The notes under the pieces were generated by a model. It did no database searches, was not told the DNA's origin, and worked only from the letters and a program-made list of their open reading frames with translations. This document shows, in pieces, positions 61,303 to 64,000 of a DNA stretch of 64,000 bases. Every line of letters starts with the position of its first letter. Position 1 is the stretch's first letter. The position numbers and the translations under genes were made by a program. This DNA comes from Clostridia bacterium (GTDB lineage Bacteria > Bacillota > Clostridia > Christensenellales > UBA1242): the NCBI GenBank assembly GCA_045654505.1, contig JAZONM010000005.1, positions 37,491-101,490 of the forward strand. Reading direction: 5' to 3'.

Positions 61303-63984
61303 ATGGGACTATTTACAAAACTTTTTGGCAGTGACAATTCACGTAATATTGCAAAACTTGAGAAAATCGCAAAGCAAGTAGAGGCTTTGGAGGAAAAATA
61401 TAAGGCTTATTCTGATGAGCAATTGAGAGCTTGTACAAATGAGTTTAAAAAGCGTATTGCAGATGGTGAAAAATTGATAAGTATTTTGCCTGAGGCGTAT
61501 GCGGTGGTGAGAGAGGCGAGTGACCGTGTTATGGGTATGCGCCACTTCCATGTGCAAATACTAGGTGGTATTGCTTTATTCCAAGGACGTATCGCTGAGA
61601 TGCGTACTGGTGAAGGTAAAACTTTGACTGAGACTCTTCCTGCATATCTTGTAGCACTTGAGGGAAAAGGTGTGCATATTGTAACTGTCAATGAATACTT
61701 GTCAGGACGTGATGCTGAGTGGATGGGTAAGATATTCAAATTCTTGGGTCTTACCGTTGGTGTTTCGCGTCACGATATGAGACCTGAAGAAAAACGCAAA
61801 GCATACGATTGTGATATTACTTATTCTACCAACAACGAACTTGGTTTTGACTATCTACGTGACAATATGGTTACTAGAAAAGAGGATAGGGTAGCGAGAG
61901 GTTATCACTTTGCAATTGTCGACGAGGTGGTCTCAATCCTTATAGACGAAGCGCGTACTCCACTTATTATTAGTGGTAGAGGTATGAAGAGTAGCGAGAC
62001 ATACAAGTCAGCTAGTCGTTTTGCGAAAAACTTGAAAAAAGACGATTATGAGATTGATGAGAAAGAAAAAGCAATCCGTCTTACCGAACACGGTGTAAAT
62101 AAAGCCGAGAGATTTTTCAATGTGGACAATCTAAGTGATATCAATAATATCGAGCTAAACCACCACATCAACAATGCTCTTAAAGCACAATATATAATGA
62201 AAAAAGATGCCAACTATATCGTAAAAGATGGCGAAATAGTAATCGTAGACGAATTTACTGGACGTCTAATGGAGGGCAGAAAATATAGTAATGGTCTTCA
62301 CCAAGCAATCGAGGCAAAAGAGGGTGTGGAGATTCGTGACGAAAACAAAACTTTGGCGACTGTTACTTTCCAAAATTTCTTCCGCCTTTATCACAAACTT
62401 AGCGGTATGACAGGTACTGCAAAGACAGAGGAAAGAGAGTTTAATAAAATTTACAATTTGGACGTTGTTACGATACCTACCAATTTGCCTACTCGTAGAA
62501 AAGATGCAGCTGACGTAATCTACATTACTGAAAAAGCAAAAATGGACGCTATTGTAGAAGAGGTAAAGAAAGTGCATGCTGCCGGAAGACCAATTCTTGT
62601 AGGTACTGTTACTATTGAAAAGAGTGAAGAGATAAGTACAGCTCTTCGTCGTGCTAAGATAAAACACAACGTGCTAAATGCTAAAAATCACTTAAGAGAA
62701 AGTGAAATTATTGCACAAGCGGGACGACTAAATGCAGTTACGATTGCGACAAACATGGCAGGTCGTGGTACCGACATTTTGCTAGGTGGAAATCCAGAGT
62801 ATCTTGCAAAACAAGAGCTTAGAAACAAAGGTTATAATGATGCTCAAATAGAATTTTGTACATCACTTCTTCCTACCGACAATGAAGAACTTCAAGCAAT
62901 AAGAGAAGAGTATAAAGGACTTTACAAAGAGTTTAAAAAGACAACAGACGAAGAAAAAGCACAAGTTATTACACTAGGTGGACTTCATATACTTGGTACA
63001 GAAAGACACGAAAGCCGTCGTATAGACAATCAGTTGCGTGGTCGTGCTGGTCGTCAAGGTGACCCAGGTAGTAGTGTGTTCTTCGTGTCAATGGAGGACG
63101 AACTTATCCGTCGTTTTGGCGGTGAGAGAATGCAAGGTATTGTGCGTTTCTTCAAGATAGAAGAGGATACGCCTTTCCAAATCGGCATGCTTTCAAAACA
63201 AATCGAAAATGCACAAAAACGAATTGAGGGCTTTAACTTTAGTGCTCGTCACAATGTATTACTATTTGATGACGTCAACAACAAACAAAGAGAACTTATC
63301 TATGGCGAGAGAAATCGTGTAATAGATGGTGACAATATCCACAATGAAGTAATAGATATGATCAATGAATTTGCTCGAAATATTGTATATGATACAGTGG
63401 ATGACAGCAAATCTTATGACGAGTGGGATTTGGAAGCACTAAACAATGCTCTAAATAATCGCGCACTAAAAGAGAATGCAAACTTCGTTACGGAGGAGAT
63501 TGTTGAGGGCTTGGATATTGACGAATTGGCTGATGTTGTGGCTCAAGAAGCAATACGAAACTACGAAGAAAAATGTCAAGAAATTGCAAAATTCAATATA
63601 GATTATCTTGTAATCGAAAGAAATATTTTGCTTAAAGTCGTAGATACTTTCTGGATGGACCACATCGACTTTTTGGAAATGCTTAGAAGCGAAATAGGTC
63701 TTCGTGCTTATGGTAATCATGACCCAATTGTAGCTTACAAACAAGAGAGTTATACCGCATTTGAAAAGATGAGTGAAGATATCCGTAAAGAAACAGCTCT
63801 TTTCCTTATCAATTACAAAGTAAATATCGAAATCAAACAACAAGAAAAACCAAAGAATTTGGTTACTAATTTGGGTGGCAATTCGAAATCTACTGCCAAG
63901 ACTGATAAAGTCGTAGGTCGCAATGATTTATGTCCTTGCGGAAGTGGTAAGAAATATAAGAGTTGTTGTATGGTGGGCAAATAA
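61303..63984 (+). CDS. secA: Preprotein translocase ATPase SecA
   Basis: MRTGEGKTL (Walker A), DEVVSILIDEARTPLIISG, TNMAGRGTDI, and a C-terminal zinc motif CPCGSGKKYKSCC. 893 aa, complete. Confidence 0.95.
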   Translation: MGLFTKLFGSDNSRNIAKLEKIAKQVEALEEKYKAYSDEQLRACTNEFKKRIADGEKLISILPEAYAVVREASDRVMGMRHFHVQILGGIALFQGRIAEMRTGEGKTLTETLPAYLVALEGKGVHIVTVNEYLSGRDAEWMGKIFKFLGLTVGVSRHDMRPEEKRKAYDCDITYSTNNELGFDYLRDNMVTRKEDRVARGYHFAIVDEVVSILIDEARTPLIISGRGMKSSETYKSASRFAKNLKKDDYEIDEKEKAIRLTEHGVNKAERFFNVDNLSDINNIELNHHINNALKAQYIMKKDANYIVKDGEIVIVDEFTGRLMEGRKYSNGLHQAIEAKEGVEIRDENKTLATVTFQNFFRLYHKLSGMTGTAKTEEREFNKIYNLDVVTIPTNLPTRRKDAADVIYITEKAKMDAIVEEVKKVHAAGRPILVGTVTIEKSEEISTALRRAKIKHNVLNAKNHLRESEIIAQAGRLNAVTIATNMAGRGTDILLGGNPEYLAKQELRNKGYNDAQIEFCTSLLPTDNEELQAIREEYKGLYKEFKKTTDEEKAQVITLGGLHILGTERHESRRIDNQLRGRAGRQGDPGSSVFFVSMEDELIRRFGGERMQGIVRFFKIEEDTPFQIGMLSKQIENAQKRIEGFNFSARHNVLLFDDVNNKQRELIYGERNRVIDGDNIHNEVIDMINEFARNIVYDTVDDSKSYDEWDLEALNNALNNRALKENANFVTEEIVEGLDIDELADVVAQEAIRNYEEKCQEIAKFNIDYLVIERNILLKVVDTFWMDHIDFLEMLRSEIGLRAYGNHDPIVAYKQESYTAFEKMSEDIRKETALFLINYKVNIEIKQQEKPKNLVTNLGGNSKSTAKTDKVVGRNDLCPCGSGKKYKSCCMVGK

Positions 63985-64000
63985 TGCTGTACAATGCGGA

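Overview
AT-rich chromosomal segment (roughly one-third G+C by eye, not computed), standard genetic code. It comes from a spore-forming low-GC Bacillota (Clostridia-like) organism. Genes have strong GGAGG-type ribosome-binding sites and many hairpin plus T-run terminators. No transposase, integrase, CRISPR array, rRNA or recognisable defence system is visible.

Layout:
- 1-8.2 kb: tail of a P-type ATPase, tRNA-Arg(ACG), then a sugar/redox locus. This holds a membrane protein, a Gfo/Idh/MocA oxidoreductase, a tandem 2-hydroxyacid dehydrogenase, an SDR broken at a G11 tract, and a GT2-TPR glycosyltransferase.
- 8.7-12.9 kb: anaerobic ribonucleotide reductase locus. NrdR boxes precede an nrdD that carries a C-terminal glutaredoxin-like domain. 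A thioredoxin-reductase-like flavoprotein follows, and nrdG is convergent.
- 13-21.7 kb: a DUF3419-like gene, an unannotated 44-aa Cys-rich ORF, a Phe T-box leader with pheS-pheT, a hexapeptide-repeat protein, an orphan promoter-terminator unit, an MFS transporter and DegV.
- 21.9-51.8 kb: a 30-kb cell-envelope/spore block. It holds four paralogous TasA/camelysin-like proteins (no sipW), cdd, an 891-aa transglutaminase-like lipoprotein, a gerA-gerB-gerC germinant receptor operon, and one 19,479-nt ORF.
- 51.9-64 kb: a degenerate repeat array, rpsF-ssb-rpsR, recD2, comFC, glpK divergent from a three-gene GlpA-like/flavoprotein/DUF1667 cluster, and secA.

The 19,479-nt ORF encodes a 6,492-aa N-terminally anchored surface protein. 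It has Listeria-Bacteroides-type repeats, a large orphan core, BspA-type LRRs and a CxxC tail.

Most interesting candidates:
- the giant surface protein;
- the sipW-less TasA-like fibre operon, with a conserved 33-nt intergenic RNA motif;
- the NrdD-redoxin fusion next to a reductase lacking the NADPH-binding arginines;
- a G11 tract that interrupts the SDR gene;
- the small Cys-rich ORF;
- a Spo0A-box-like repeat array upstream of rpsF.
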